A stretch of 64,000 nucleotides of DNA from a virus: positions 1-64,000 of IMG/VR virus record IMGVR_UViG_3300048997_000353. One strand, 5' to 3'. This document shows, one piece after another, positions 28,764-38,829 of this stretch. Made by a program: the position numbers and the translations under genes. Below the pieces are notes generated by a model. That model was not told where the DNA came from, made no database searches, and worked only from the letters and a program-made list of their open reading frames with translations. Position 1 is the stretch's first letter. Every line of letters starts with the position of its first letter.

Positions 28764-31700
28764 TGCCGGATTACTCCCCCGGTTTGTTTGGAGAGTTGCC
28801 GCTTAATCATTTTTGCGATTTTCCGTGGATCCTGCGCTGGGCTTGTTGGACTGTGAAACGTGGGCGCATAATTCAAGTCTCCAAAGTTAATGCTGTGATC
28901 GTCCGCGCTGGTGTTAGGAGATCCGTCCCCGCCTCCGCGCCCTGGTTCACTCTGATTTTTCACAATGGACTGAACTCCGGAACTGAGGGCGGGCGGGAGA
29001 ATTAATTCTCCGGCATGCGCCTGCACCAGCATGTCCTGGGAAAGCAGCGCGCCCTTCATGGCTTTTGGAATACCAAACGCTTCAATGGCTGCGAATTGAG
29101 TAGCGGCGACGCCCGGCGCTGCGGCGACGTTGGCTGGAAAAGGTAGAGCTTCCAACACGGAAGCGAAGGCCCAGGCAGCACCTTCTCCGGCGGCGACGGT
29201 TGCAGATGCGATTCCTGCGGCAACCTCGAGGCCGTGCTTAACCGAATTGCCGATGGCAATGCTGCTTTCTTGCGTAGTCTGAGCACCCGCAACGGCGCCG
29301 GTCTGCTGGGCTTGACCAGATGTGACGGCTCCCGTTTTGATTCCTTCATTCGAAACCACGGCACCAGTCGTTGCTGTTGACCCAGAAATTTCTTCGGTAT
29401 TGCCAAGTTTCTGTACACCTTTCTTGGTACCTTCCCCTGTGATCAGCGCGAGGATTTTTTTGGCGACGGTTGTATGTTCGAGTGCGACAACAAAGGCGGA
29501 GTGCTGGAGATGGAGAAGCAGGCTCTGCGCAAGAGACTGCGCCACGGCCACGACTATGTTCTGGCCCATTCTCCTAAAGGCCTGGCTAACTGTCAGCGTG
29601 CCCTGCAGGATCCCCTGGACCATGCCGTTCAGCGCTGTATGGATCGGCGCGAAAGCTCCATCCCAGAATTTTTGGTAATCGAGTGCGGCCTTCTGCGCGC
29701 CCAAGGCAATTTGCGTATCGATGTCCAGCATCTTTTTCTGCTGGGCTTGTTTGAGCGCCACAATCTCGGCAAATACCTTCGCGTATTGCTCTCGTTCCTG
29801 TTCGGTGGAAGCATTGCCGCCGGCGACGGGCGAAGTCACGGCAAAATCAAATGGCGTTCGATTCCCGGATGGACCGGCGACGATGGCGCCCAGTTCCTTC
29901 TGTTTTGCGGCAATCGCCGCCTGCGCTTTTTCCTCTTCTAATTTTTTGACTTGCTCCAGTTCGACGGCTTGCATTTGAGCGATTCTGAGTGTGCGCGAAG
30001 TGGCGCTGATGTTCAGGAAATTGAGTTTGCCCTCTTCAATTTTTTCAAGAGCCGTGAGCTGCGCTTGTTCCAGATCGATCACGCGCGCGGTCTCTTGTTC
30101 CTCATACTTGATCGATTCGATCTTTTGCTTGTTTTTGAGATCGAGAGTCTGTGCGGTCAGTTTGATCTGCTCGTCGAGTTGCTTCAGCTTTTGCCCGGTG
30201 AAGAACGCGGTTTCTTCCTCTCCCGCCTTCCTGATTTCCTCATATCCCTTAGTGCGGATCGCTTGGATCTTTGTATGGCTATTGATTTCTAGGGCTTCCA
30301 ATTCTCCATTAAGTTTTGTGACCTGGGCCAGATGATCCCCGATCCCACGCGCTACATATTCCTGTTCAATGGCGAGTCTGCCCTCCAATTCCACTCTGGT
30401 GGTGGCGGTGATTTGCCGTTCCGCATTCTCTTCCTGAATGGCCTTGTTGCTGGGCGGCGGCAAGGCGTATTCGCCCTTGGGCGTATAGAGGACGTTATCC
30501 TGGACCCTAATTTCCCTGACTTGCTCGGCCGATTTTATTTTCGCGACAGAAACTTCTTTGTCGGCGGCGAGCTGCGCTTCGGTTTCCTTGGACGTCCGAT
30601 CCAGATTTTCCTTGAACTGTTGATCGGACGCAAAATCCTCTTGATTCATTGCCAGGATTCTGGACGTATGCTGCTCTTGCAACAGATAATTCACGGTATT
30701 AATGTATGACTGGAACGTGGCGATAGCTTTTTCATCCGGCACCTGGAGTGTCGGGGTACCTTCCGGTCCTTCAACTACGGTAGCCTTCTCCGAGGCGAGT
30801 CTCTGTTCCAGTTTTTCTCGCGCTTCAATCAGCGTATTGTGCAGTTGCGCTTGGGCCGTTGCGCGGGCTTCTTCGGTCGTTGCTGTCTGCAGTGCCAACT
30901 GCGCCTTTTCGATATTTTCCTGGAGCGGCTTCAATTCGCCGGCGAACGACGCCACGTTTGATGTAGGGATGCCGACGGCTCCCTTTGCAAATGCGCTGAA
31001 AAATCCTGGCGCCGCGTCGATGTCTTTCTGCATTTTCTGGAAAACTGTTTCAAGCGAACCGGCGAGCTTATCGGCCTCGCCCTTGGCTTCCGCCATCGCA
31101 ACCGCGATGAGGTTTTCCGGTAAACCGTGAAACTTGGCAATCGTGTTGTCGAGTTTCAGGTTCGCAACTTCCAGGGCATCCGCTTCTTTCGCGGTGGAAA
31201 GTGTTAACTGGTCCGCGTTCTTAATTGCCTGGTTGCCCAGATCATTCCATTTCTCAAACTTATCGATGCCCATGGCGAGCATGTCGATCAGGGCAAGTCC
31301 CAAAAAGGCTGGGAATGCAGCCTGCATGATCGGGCCAAGAGTGGCTGATGCCGCGGCGACGCGCGCCAGGCCCATGGCAATCATGCCGGAGCTGCCCGTG
31401 ATCGCCCCCATCTCCACGCGAGCGGCACCCATACTGCTAACCATGTTTCTCGTCTTTGCAGCCGTCGCATCTTCTTGCAGTCCGAGTTCCTCGACAGCAA
31501 ATCCCGCAAACTCCAGCGTCGCCGCTGTTTCTTCTGCAGCGAGTCCGAGATTTTGCAAGGCGGAAGCAGCTTCGGCCGTGCTGAGTCCTTGCGCCTTGAA
31601 CTGCAGCGCCATCTTGACGGACCAGGCGGTAAGAGCCCCGGTTTCTGTGGCAGCGAGGGCGGTCGCTTTCGTGGACGCGTCCGTGATTGCCGCGCCTTCT

Positions 31701-33232
31701 TTTCGAACGATGCCCAGCTCCTGTTCGAGCTGAATCATTTCCCGGAACGTGGTGGTGGCTTTTTGTCTGGCCTCAGCCAGCAGAGATTCCTGCTCAGTCG
31801 TTCTCGCCGCCAAACCCGGAAGAGTGGACGTGAGGGCCGCGACTGCGGCCTGGGCTTGGGCGTAGTTTTGAATCGCCGTCATGCCTTGTTCTGTGGCGGC
31901 CAGACCGGCTCGTTGCGCTACGTTGTAATCGACGAGACTCTGAACATTGGTTGCGATCGCGACCGATGCTTCCGTTGAAGCTGCTGCCTGTTCAACAGTG
32001 GCGCCGGTCTGCGACGCAGTTGCGCTCGCGGACTCGAGCGAGGCAATTTTTGACTCAGTTTCTAAAGTGAGGACCTGTTTCTTGGCTGTTGCCCATCTCT
32101 CCGTGGCGGCTGTGACTGCATTCGAAGCAACGGCCTGCTCTTGGATCGAACCGGATACAGTCGCGTCCATTAAGGCTGTGTTTGCTTGCCGCACGGCGAC
32201 TTCGGATGCTGTCACTTCCTCATTGGCAGCAACCAGCCGTTGTTTTACGGTCGTAGCTTCGTTCGTCGATTGCTGGAGAGTAGCTGACGCGGTCGTCGCC
32301 GCTACCGCTGATTGTGCTGAAGTGTTTTGCGCGTCAGCCAGAGCCTGTTCTGCCGTTTGTAAATTGGCATCGGCATTGGCTTGATTGGCCCGTGCGACCG
32401 CGAGTGCCTCTGCTGCGGGAGTGGCCGTAGCTCCAGTGCTTGGTGATTCCTGGCTCGGTGGTTGATTTTGCGGGAATATTTTAGCGAAATTGGTTGCTTC
32501 CCAATCTTCCTTGGCCGCTTCGCCTGTCATCCACGCAGGCCTATTGGCGGACTCAGCTGCGGCTAGCTGTTCGGCTTCTGCCAATCTCGCATTCATTTCA
32601 ACGAGTCGTTCCCTCGCAACCGTTACGTTATTCGTTAGGGTTTCGAGATTTACGAGTGTCGCTGTTTCCGCTGTTTCGGTAGTAACAAGAGACGATTCTG
32701 CAAAGGCTTGGGCGTCAATATCCTCGGCCACACCGGGTCCGCCGCCAGCGAACACTGCTCTCGGACCTGCGGAGAATGGATCTCCACCGCCGCCACCGCC
32801 GGGCGGAATGGGCGGAATGGATGGGATTACTGGCTTGACAATTTGCGGCGCGGCCGCAACCTGGTCGAGCAGAGCCCTATATTCTGCTACGGCTTCATTC
32901 AGTTGTTTTTGGAGAACTGCGCCCCTCAGCCGTTCTTCGTTGTATTGCCTGAGCATCGAGGGGCTCGGCTCATCGGTTCCGATATTTTCTCTGCTTTGTC
33001 TTACGGCAAGCTTGGCGGCAGCAACCTGATTTTCCAGATCGAGTTGTTTGGCGGCGGCGAGTTCTAATTTTTCAACGAAAGCATCGGAGGCCAACCCGGC
33101 GGTGGCAAAGACATCGCCCATCCGTTCGGTGGCTTGTGTCGCGGCGTTAGCCAGCCGATCAAAGCCAGGAAGAATCTGGCTGAGATCAATGACGGCTCCG
33201 ACTTCAAGAATTTGTTGCGGATCTTCGGCCAT
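28760..33232 (-). CDS. Tape measure protein (1490 aa)
   Basis: Very long Ala/Glu/Gln-rich helical ORF after the tail chaperones; C-terminal DMLVQAHAGELILP. Confidence 0.9.
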   Translation of the reverse strand: MAEDPQQILEVGAVIDLSQILPGFDRLANAATQATERMGDVFATAGLASDAFVEKLELAAAKQLDLENQVAAAKLAVRQSRENIGTDEPSPSMLRQYNEERLRGAVLQKQLNEAVAEYRALLDQVAAAPQIVKPVIPSIPPIPPGGGGGGDPFSAGPRAVFAGGGPGVAEDIDAQAFAESSLVTTETAETATLVNLETLTNNVTVARERLVEMNARLAEAEQLAAAESANRPAWMTGEAAKEDWEATNFAKIFPQNQPPSQESPSTGATATPAAEALAVARANQANADANLQTAEQALADAQNTSAQSAVAATTASATLQQSTNEATTVKQRLVAANEEVTASEVAVRQANTALMDATVSGSIQEQAVASNAVTAATERWATAKKQVLTLETESKIASLESASATASQTGATVEQAAASTEASVAIATNVQSLVDYNVAQRAGLAATEQGMTAIQNYAQAQAAVAALTSTLPGLAARTTEQESLLAEARQKATTTFREMIQLEQELGIVRKEGAAITDASTKATALAATETGALTAWSVKMALQFKAQGLSTAEAASALQNLGLAAEETAATLEFAGFAVEELGLQEDATAAKTRNMVSSMGAARVEMGAITGSSGMIAMGLARVAAASATLGPIMQAAFPAFLGLALIDMLAMGIDKFEKWNDLGNQAIKNADQLTLSTAKEADALEVANLKLDNTIAKFHGLPENLIAVAMAEAKGEADKLAGSLETVFQKMQKDIDAAPGFFSAFAKGAVGIPTSNVASFAGELKPLQENIEKAQLALQTATTEEARATAQAQLHNTLIEAREKLEQRLASEKATVVEGPEGTPTLQVPDEKAIATFQSYINTVNYLLQEQHTSRILAMNQEDFASDQQFKENLDRTSKETEAQLAADKEVSVAKIKSAEQVREIRVQDNVLYTPKGEYALPPPSNKAIQEENAERQITATTRVELEGRLAIEQEYVARGIGDHLAQVTKLNGELEALEINSHTKIQAIRTKGYEEIRKAGEEETAFFTGQKLKQLDEQIKLTAQTLDLKNKQKIESIKYEEQETARVIDLEQAQLTALEKIEEGKLNFLNISATSRTLRIAQMQAVELEQVKKLEEEKAQAAIAAKQKELGAIVAGPSGNRTPFDFAVTSPVAGGNASTEQEREQYAKVFAEIVALKQAQQKKMLDIDTQIALGAQKAALDYQKFWDGAFAPIHTALNGMVQGILQGTLTVSQAFRRMGQNIVVAVAQSLAQSLLLHLQHSAFVVALEHTTVAKKILALITGEGTKKGVQKLGNTEEISGSTATTGAVVSNEGIKTGAVTSGQAQQTGAVAGAQTTQESSIAIGNSVKHGLEVAAGIASATVAAGEGAAWAFASVLEALPFPANVAAAPGVAATQFAAIEAFGIPKAMKGALLSQDMLVQAHAGELILPPALSSGVQSIVKNQSEPGRGGGDGSPNTSADDHSINFGDLNYAPTFHSPTSPAQDPRKIAKMIKRQLSKQTGGVIRQ

Positions 33233-33870
33233 TTATGATTTTCTGTTGAGCAATCCTTCCGCCCAGCGGATCTTTTCCCGGATCGACTCCGGCATATTGG
33301 AAGTTTCCATGCCAGGCATTTCCATCAATCCACTGAAGTTCTTTTCTGTATCTGCGGATTCTTCTTTTTCAGTTTCGGCTGTTTTCTTTGATCCCGTTGC
33401 CGCTTCCCGCCAATATTCCAAGAGATCAATGATTCGGCACAGGCTGGCATCATCGATTTGTTCGAAACTCCAGCCGACGCGCGTGATGATGAGCCCATAG
33501 ATTGTTCGCCAATCTATTGAGTTGGATTTTGCGTCGCGGTCGGCTGCCCCCCCGGGCGTGCGATAAATCCTGATTGCTCCGCAACCTTGACAACGAGATC
33601 TGCCAATTGCGAGACAGAAACCAGATCGGCCAATTCATCGACCGTCAGTTCTGGAACATTTCTTGAAATGGCTGCATGCAAAATTTGCAGCATCCGTTCA
33701 TTGCGCTCAGGCACGTTCTCGACGGTTACCCCTTGATTGATGGTGATCAGTTCCGGCCAAAGCTTTTTCGCCTGCGATGTCGAAAGTGATGGAATCACAA
33801 ATGTGCGATTTCCAATCTTAACTGGCTCGCCTTCATAGTTGGGTTGGCCGTTCCCATTTCCTTCTGACAC
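33233..33870 (-). CDS. Tail assembly chaperone, long form via programmed -1 frameshift (gpGT analogue)
   Basis: CCG GGG GGG at about 33547-33555; the -1 frame reads AADRDAKSNSIDWRTIYGLIITRVGWSFEQIDDASLCRIIDLLEYWREA and joins ORF 33233-33421. Confidence 0.8.
33514..33870 (-). CDS. Tail assembly chaperone, short form (gpG analogue)
   Basis: GTG start after GGAGG; lies between tail tube and tape measure; IGNRTFVIPSL...ILHAAISRNVPELT. Confidence 0.8.
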   Translation of the reverse strand: MSEGNGNGQPNYEGEPVKIGNRTFVIPSLSTSQAKKLWPELITINQGVTVENVPERNERMLQILHAAISRNVPELTVDELADLVSVSQLADLVVKVAEQSGFIARPGGQPTATQNPTQ

Positions 33871-33955
33871 TCGAAACCTCCTTTGAAATCTGCGTTCTTC
33901 CCGCATGCGCAGCCCGCGTCAATCAAGATCACTCACTTAGGGAGTGAGGAAGGTT

Positions 33956-34696
33956 TTAGAAAAGATCAGCCATGATTTTGCCGATGTTGCCGCTGGCATC
34001 GGCGTTCGCGGACCCGTCAAAATCAGAGATCCAAAAATCCTCGAGCTTCGTTGGAGCGCTGATTGTGCCCAGGGTGACATCGTTCAGCTCAATGGCTAGA
34101 TACTTGCTGCGGAACTTGTTGAAAAGCAACATTGACAGTTCCGGGGCATAACCCATGAGCTGGTTGATGATGGAGATGGTCGCGCCACTGTTGACGAAGT
34201 AGTTGTAGGAAATCGCAACCACGTTCGTGTTGTCACCAGCGTTGAAGGTGTAAACGCCAGTGCTGAGGTTGGGGCCGCTGTACTGACCCACACCAGGAGC
34301 GCCCGCTACATGGACCAGAGCCTGCCCGGTGGACTTGTATGTAACGCCCCAATCTTCAACGATGGGTACATTGCTTACCGTGGCGGCGGCGGTGGTGACG
34401 GTTTGCGATTCGCTGTCCACCTGCAGGTTGTATCCCTGCGTTTGGGTTTGCGCGAAGTAAAGCTGGTTGAGCATCGCAATGTCATAGACTGCGAGTTTTC
34501 CTTTGATGGTGCAGTCCAGCTTGCCGCGGGCCGTCGCGACAGCGAATTGGTTCTGCCCATAGAGCTTTTTCAAATCGCCCTTGAAGGTAACGTCGCATTC
34601 CTGCAGCACGTTGAACTTAAATGCGGACGGATTCGTAGGCTGATTTCCGGCGGATGGCTTTCCATAAAGCACACCAGACCCGAACTGAATATTCAC
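33956..34696 (-). CDS. Major tail tube protein
   Basis: FGSGVL, LQECDVTFKGDLKKLYGQNQFAVATARGK, TKLEDFWISDFD; position in the tail module. Confidence 0.85.
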   Translation of the reverse strand: MNIQFGSGVLYGKPSAGNQPTNPSAFKFNVLQECDVTFKGDLKKLYGQNQFAVATARGKLDCTIKGKLAVYDIAMLNQLYFAQTQTQGYNLQVDSESQTVTTAAATVSNVPIVEDWGVTYKSTGQALVHVAGAPGVGQYSGPNLSTGVYTFNAGDNTNVVAISYNYFVNSGATISIINQLMGYAPELSMLLFNKFRSKYLAIELNDVTLGTISAPTKLEDFWISDFDGSANADASGNIGKIMADLF

Positions 34697-34756
34697 AAAT
34701 TCCTCCTGGCCGGCTTACGCCGGATTATTGCGGCCGGAAAACTTTCTGGCTCACGA

Positions 34757-35254
34757 TCATACACCGTACGGACCTGGCAAAATGAGAACAGGAATTGCGA
34801 TTGTGATCTGTTCGTTCACCACTTCCGTATGGACGTTGCCCTCGATCCACACATGATAGACAAGGCCGCCGAGCGTTTGCTTCTCATAGGGCGGAAAAGT
34901 GGTATCGAGCACTCTCGCAATTCCCCACACAAAATAATTGGCCGCTGTGGTGGGCAGCGGATTGGGATTGGCGCTGGCATCCGCTCTCAGATAAATGACG
35001 ACCAACGCGGAAAATAACCATTTGGTTGGCCCCAACAATGCATTCTGGGCAGAACCATGTTCGGCCAGAAGGGGTCCGGGTATCACACGAAGCGCTGGCT
35101 GATCCGAAACCGGAACGTCGTCGGGAGGATCCGCGAGCCGCTTCATTGACTTGAACGTTAGCCCGCTTGGGAAAGTGGCTTGTCCCAACAGCGCAAACAA
35201 CGCTTGATAGACGGCTTCCAGATATGTTGGATCTTCAAATGGAGTAACTGGCAT
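34757..35254 (-). CDS. Tail completion/terminator protein
   Basis: EAVYQALFALL...QTLGGLVYHVWIEG; directly upstream of the tube gene. Confidence 0.7.
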   Translation of the reverse strand: MPVTPFEDPTYLEAVYQALFALLGQATFPSGLTFKSMKRLADPPDDVPVSDQPALRVIPGPLLAEHGSAQNALLGPTKWLFSALVVIYLRADASANPNPLPTTAANYFVWGIARVLDTTFPPYEKQTLGGLVYHVWIEGNVHTEVVNEQITIAIPVLILPGPYGV

Positions 35255-35257
35255 GGT

Positions 35258-35707
35258 TTAGCTACCGACGACTTCGTCTGTGCCCTCCCAAACAAATTCA
35301 GAAACCGGCAAGTGTTCACGGCAATGGCAGCAGAACGTAGCCCCGTAATAGGTATTGTCGCGCGCATAGGTTTCAGCGAGCGCGCGGCCCATGGTTGTGG
35401 TTGTGCCACACTTTGGTTTCAGTTGTTTCTCCGCCCAGAACCGACCTCGGATGGAATTGGGATTTTCCGGATAAGCTTCGAACGAAACGTACTGATATGC
35501 CGCGTACCGTACCTTTTCTTCTTCGGTGAGATCGCGAAGCGGATACTTTGGCCGATCGCCAACATGCCTATAGGATTGCCGGACTGGACGGATGAAGCCT
35601 TTGTCACGCTCGCTTTGCGGCAGCACAGCGTAGCTGCGGTATTGCCCGTCGGGACCAATGGGGCCATTGTCAAACGGTTCATGCTTCGGCTTTTCAACAG
35701 TGCTCAT
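35258..35707 (-). CDS. Hypothetical protein inserted in the neck module
   Basis: CGTTTTMG...TFCCHC; non-structural composition. Confidence 0.65.
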   Translation of the reverse strand: MSTVEKPKHEPFDNGPIGPDGQYRSYAVLPQSERDKGFIRPVRQSYRHVGDRPKYPLRDLTEEEKVRYAAYQYVSFEAYPENPNSIRGRFWAEKQLKPKCGTTTTMGRALAETYARDNTYYGATFCCHCREHLPVSEFVWEGTDEVVGS

Positions 35708-35709
35708 AG

Positions 35710-36306
35710 TTACCCCGACAGCGCATCCGCTGCAGACCTGAAAATCCTCGACGTCATCATTGCTCTCATTTCGTTGAGCGCGCTCCGCATGTACGATCGC
35801 TGCGGCAACGGAGGATGAACGACATGCTTCACGACGATTCCGCCCAAGCCTGCAAAGGCGGAGCTCGTGCCAGGCTTCAATGTGCCCGCGCGCTGGCCCT
35901 GTTTGTAATACAAACGTCTGCCGAAAATCCGGCCCGCGCCGGCCCCTTCCGAACCGCCTGGGAAAAATGCCAGGGCCAATTTATTTTTCGGGTAGATGTC
36001 ATAGGTGCGCTTGCCGCCTTCCTCTTGTACCTGGGCGTAGGCTCCCGCAGCGCCTCCACCAGCCTGCACGCTTCCCGTGATCGTTGTGCCCGTGGCAACC
36101 GTGGGCCGCTTGTTCACTGACCGGAGAAGCGCGCTCCCGCGCGCCTGCAAGACTTCTCCTGAAAGTTTTTCCTGGATCCGCTTCATGAGAGCGAACATGA
36201 GCTCGTCCATCGTTTTAGTTAAGGTGGAAACAAGCTGCGGCCCCTTGGAACGGATGGCGGCGGCGACACGTTTATCCGACTGGCGAGGAAATGTAATTTT
36301 GATCAT
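35710..36306 (-). CDS. Neck protein (HK97 gp10-like/virion morphogenesis)
   Basis: Basic protein with YAQVQEEGG and VVHPPLPQRSYMRSAL. Confidence 0.75.
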   Translation of the reverse strand: MIKITFPRQSDKRVAAAIRSKGPQLVSTLTKTMDELMFALMKRIQEKLSGEVLQARGSALLRSVNKRPTVATGTTITGSVQAGGGAAGAYAQVQEEGGKRTYDIYPKNKLALAFFPGGSEGAGAGRIFGRRLYYKQGQRAGTLKPGTSSAFAGLGGIVVKHVVHPPLPQRSYMRSALNEMRAMMTSRIFRSAADALSG

Positions 36307-37268
36307 TCGATGATCGCCTCACGCTTGTACATGAGAAAAATATTCCAATATTCTCGAGGAAAGTCCCAGGACTGATAGCTTGTGGTGGCCATGGACTCCT
36401 TGGCCGAGGTTGTCCTCGATCGCTGGTCCTGCCAGCCTTTCCGTTTGTAATTGAGGGCCACGATGCAACGTACTCCGTACTCCAGATCGGAAGGAACATC
36501 CGGATAGCCCGCCGTGTATTGAACTTCAATGTTCCCCTCACCGCGTTGAAACACAGGGCCCCGCGAAGAAGATCCGAACCGGTACGATAAAACTCCCCCT
36601 CCACCATTGCGGATCCCGATGTACCTTTTGGACTGGCCCACGTAGGCGCCAAGGCTGAGCGGTCCGGTAGACAAGGGAATCGCAAGTCCTGATTGCGTGA
36701 CAGCGATGAGGGAGCGGATGGGCCCACTTCTCAGCATGAGCCTGTTATTTCCGTTGCCGTTATAGATTTCATCCAGAGTGGCAATTGAATTCAGGCTGGC
36801 TTGACCAGACCAATTAAGAAGCCACTGGCTAAATCCCGTGACCGCACTTTGAATTTCAACATCGTCGCTATCGGATGCGATCTCGGCGCGGTTCTTGACG
36901 GCATCGACCGTTGTCAGGTCCACTGTCGATCCGGCCGTCTCAATGACGACTGCCTGTTCCTTGTGGTAAATAGGAGTCGAGCCAACTAGCCCATCAATGA
37001 CCAGCACATACCCTGTTCCATCTAATTGCGGATCGAGAGTGCCGGGCACGGTGGCTGAATACTGCCCAGCCGAAGCGGCGATGTACGGCAAAGGCAAATT
37101 GTTGATGGGAGAAACCGGTGTGCCCGGGATGTTGTCCGGGTCCCTCGTCGATCGGCCCGCATAGAGGGTTGCAGTGACGGTGGCGTTATTGATTGGAGAT
37201 CCTGATGTATCCGCCAACGTCCAGGCCAGCACAAATGAAGTGCGTACAGGAATGGTTAATGATGGCAT
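36303..37268 (-). CDS. Head-tail adaptor with an extra N-terminal beta domain
   Basis: DLTTVDAVK...NIEVQYTAGYPDVPSDLE...IFLMYKR adaptor motifs preceded by about 115 aa of Ig-like sequence. Confidence 0.75.
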   Translation of the reverse strand: MPSLTIPVRTSFVLAWTLADTSGSPINNATVTATLYAGRSTRDPDNIPGTPVSPINNLPLPYIAASAGQYSATVPGTLDPQLDGTGYVLVIDGLVGSTPIYHKEQAVVIETAGSTVDLTTVDAVKNRAEIASDSDDVEIQSAVTGFSQWLLNWSGQASLNSIATLDEIYNGNGNNRLMLRSGPIRSLIAVTQSGLAIPLSTGPLSLGAYVGQSKRYIGIRNGGGGVLSYRFGSSSRGPVFQRGEGNIEVQYTAGYPDVPSDLEYGVRCIVALNYKRKGWQDQRSRTTSAKESMATTSYQSWDFPREYWNIFLMYKREAIIE

Positions 37269-38794
37269 CAGTTGATCTTTCCTTCGCCCGTAATGGGAAT
37301 TGCAATCCCACTTCCACTGTTCACGTACGCTCTCCCAGCGCCCGACGTGAAGAGTGCCACAAAACTTCCTTTGGTCCCATCTAATTTGACTATAGTTCCG
37401 AGGCTGGATGTCAAAGAAACACCCGACACGACAACCACTGCGTCGCCAGAGATCATTGCCGGATGGACCGAAGCGACAAGTTGACTTCCCGTTGCCTGGA
37501 CATTCACGTCCCCGGAAAGAGTGACGGTTCCCTGGCTCGCGCTGAGCGCCAAACCAGTCACATGAACGGTGACGTCGACGCCTTGACTGACGGTGACGTT
37601 GCCCACTGTGGCCGTCACGCTGTTTCCGGTCGATGCGACGGCGGCCGATCCGCTCACTGAAACTGTGCCGATGGATGAGGAAAGAGTCTGCGCCGGGGCC
37701 TGAACGCTCGCGCCCGCCGACGTTGAAACGTTTCCTGCTGTCGCGCTGGCCGAAAGTCCTGTGGCCTGGACGGAGGCAGAAGCAGAGACTGACGGATTGC
37801 CCACGCTTGCAGCGATGGCGACGCCGGTTGCAGCAACAGTGACACTGCCTCCCGCTTGAACGCCGACGGTGCCTTCTTGTGCTGACAACGAAAGCCCTGT
37901 TGCGGCCACGACTGCGCTGCCTGTTTCCGAAACGGTACCAACGGCCGCAGTGATCGAAACTCCGCCGGGAGAGACATTCGCGCTTCCTGCTTGAGTGGTC
38001 GAATGAACACTGGACGTGATGGCGTTGCCCGCTGTTGCAACACTGGCGCTTCCAGTTGTGGAGATTGAGCCTTCCTGCGCGGCCAGCGCATTGCCCGTGA
38101 CAGCAACGCTAGCGCCTGCAGATGGCGTGACCGTGCCTTCCTGCGTGGTGAGCGTATTCCCGGCTGCTGCGACGTTCGCGTCCCCGGTTACGCTCACAGA
38201 TCGGACCGAAGCGGCCAGAGAATTTCCCGTAGCCGCGACTCCCGCACCGGCCGTTGTCGTTACCGAACCCTGTTGCGCAGAGAGAGAGTTACCAGTGACG
38301 GATACAACCGCAGCCGCCGAGACTGTCGGCGTGCCCTCTTGCGCGGCCAGCGAGTTTCCCGTTGCTGCGATATTTGCTGTTCCGGTTACACTCAGGGACC
38401 CGACTGAAGAGGTGAGCGAATTCCCGGCAGCCGCGACGCCAACGCCAAGGCCGAGAGTTACGGATCCCTCTTGCGCGGCTAGAGTATTACCAGTGACCGA
38501 AAGACTCGCGGATGCCGCTACTGTTGCCGTGCCTTCCTGTGCGGCGAGAGCGTTGCCCGTTGCGGCCACGTTCGCGTCCCCGGTCGCCGAGATACTGCCA
38601 GCAGATGAAGTAATCGTATTCCCGGCAGCCGCCACACCGGCGCCTGCGGCTGGCGTGACAGTTCCAACGGATGAGGTGAGCGATACACCCGTCACAGCGA
38701 CAGAAATATTTATGATTTGGGCTGGTGTCAGTCCCGGATTAAAGAACTCCTGCGGCGGAAATACGTGACCGAGCGATTGTCGTGGGAAGGGCAT
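37268..38794 (-). CDS. Ala/Gly/Ser/Thr/Val-rich repeat structural protein
   Basis: About 20 copies of a ~21-aa unit such as GAGVAATGNSLAAQEGTVT. Confidence 0.8.
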   Translation of the reverse strand: MPFPRQSLGHVFPPQEFFNPGLTPAQIINISVAVTGVSLTSSVGTVTPAAGAGVAAAGNTITSSAGSISATGDANVAATGNALAAQEGTATVAASASLSVTGNTLAAQEGSVTLGLGVGVAAAGNSLTSSVGSLSVTGTANIAATGNSLAAQEGTPTVSAAAVVSVTGNSLSAQQGSVTTTAGAGVAATGNSLAASVRSVSVTGDANVAAAGNTLTTQEGTVTPSAGASVAVTGNALAAQEGSISTTGSASVATAGNAITSSVHSTTQAGSANVSPGGVSITAAVGTVSETGSAVVAATGLSLSAQEGTVGVQAGGSVTVAATGVAIAASVGNPSVSASASVQATGLSASATAGNVSTSAGASVQAPAQTLSSSIGTVSVSGSAAVASTGNSVTATVGNVTVSQGVDVTVHVTGLALSASQGTVTLSGDVNVQATGSQLVASVHPAMISGDAVVVVSGVSLTSSLGTIVKLDGTKGSFVALFTSGAGRAYVNSGSGIAIPITGEGKIN

Positions 38795-38829
38795 GGTTGG
38801 TTACTCCAGTGCTCGTGGAGCAACCTCCC

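Noticed and set aside
37268-38794. Possible CRISPR array or DNA-level tandem repeat
   Set aside because: Repeats are degenerate at the DNA level and conserved at the protein level within one ORF; no repeat-spacer structure or cas genes
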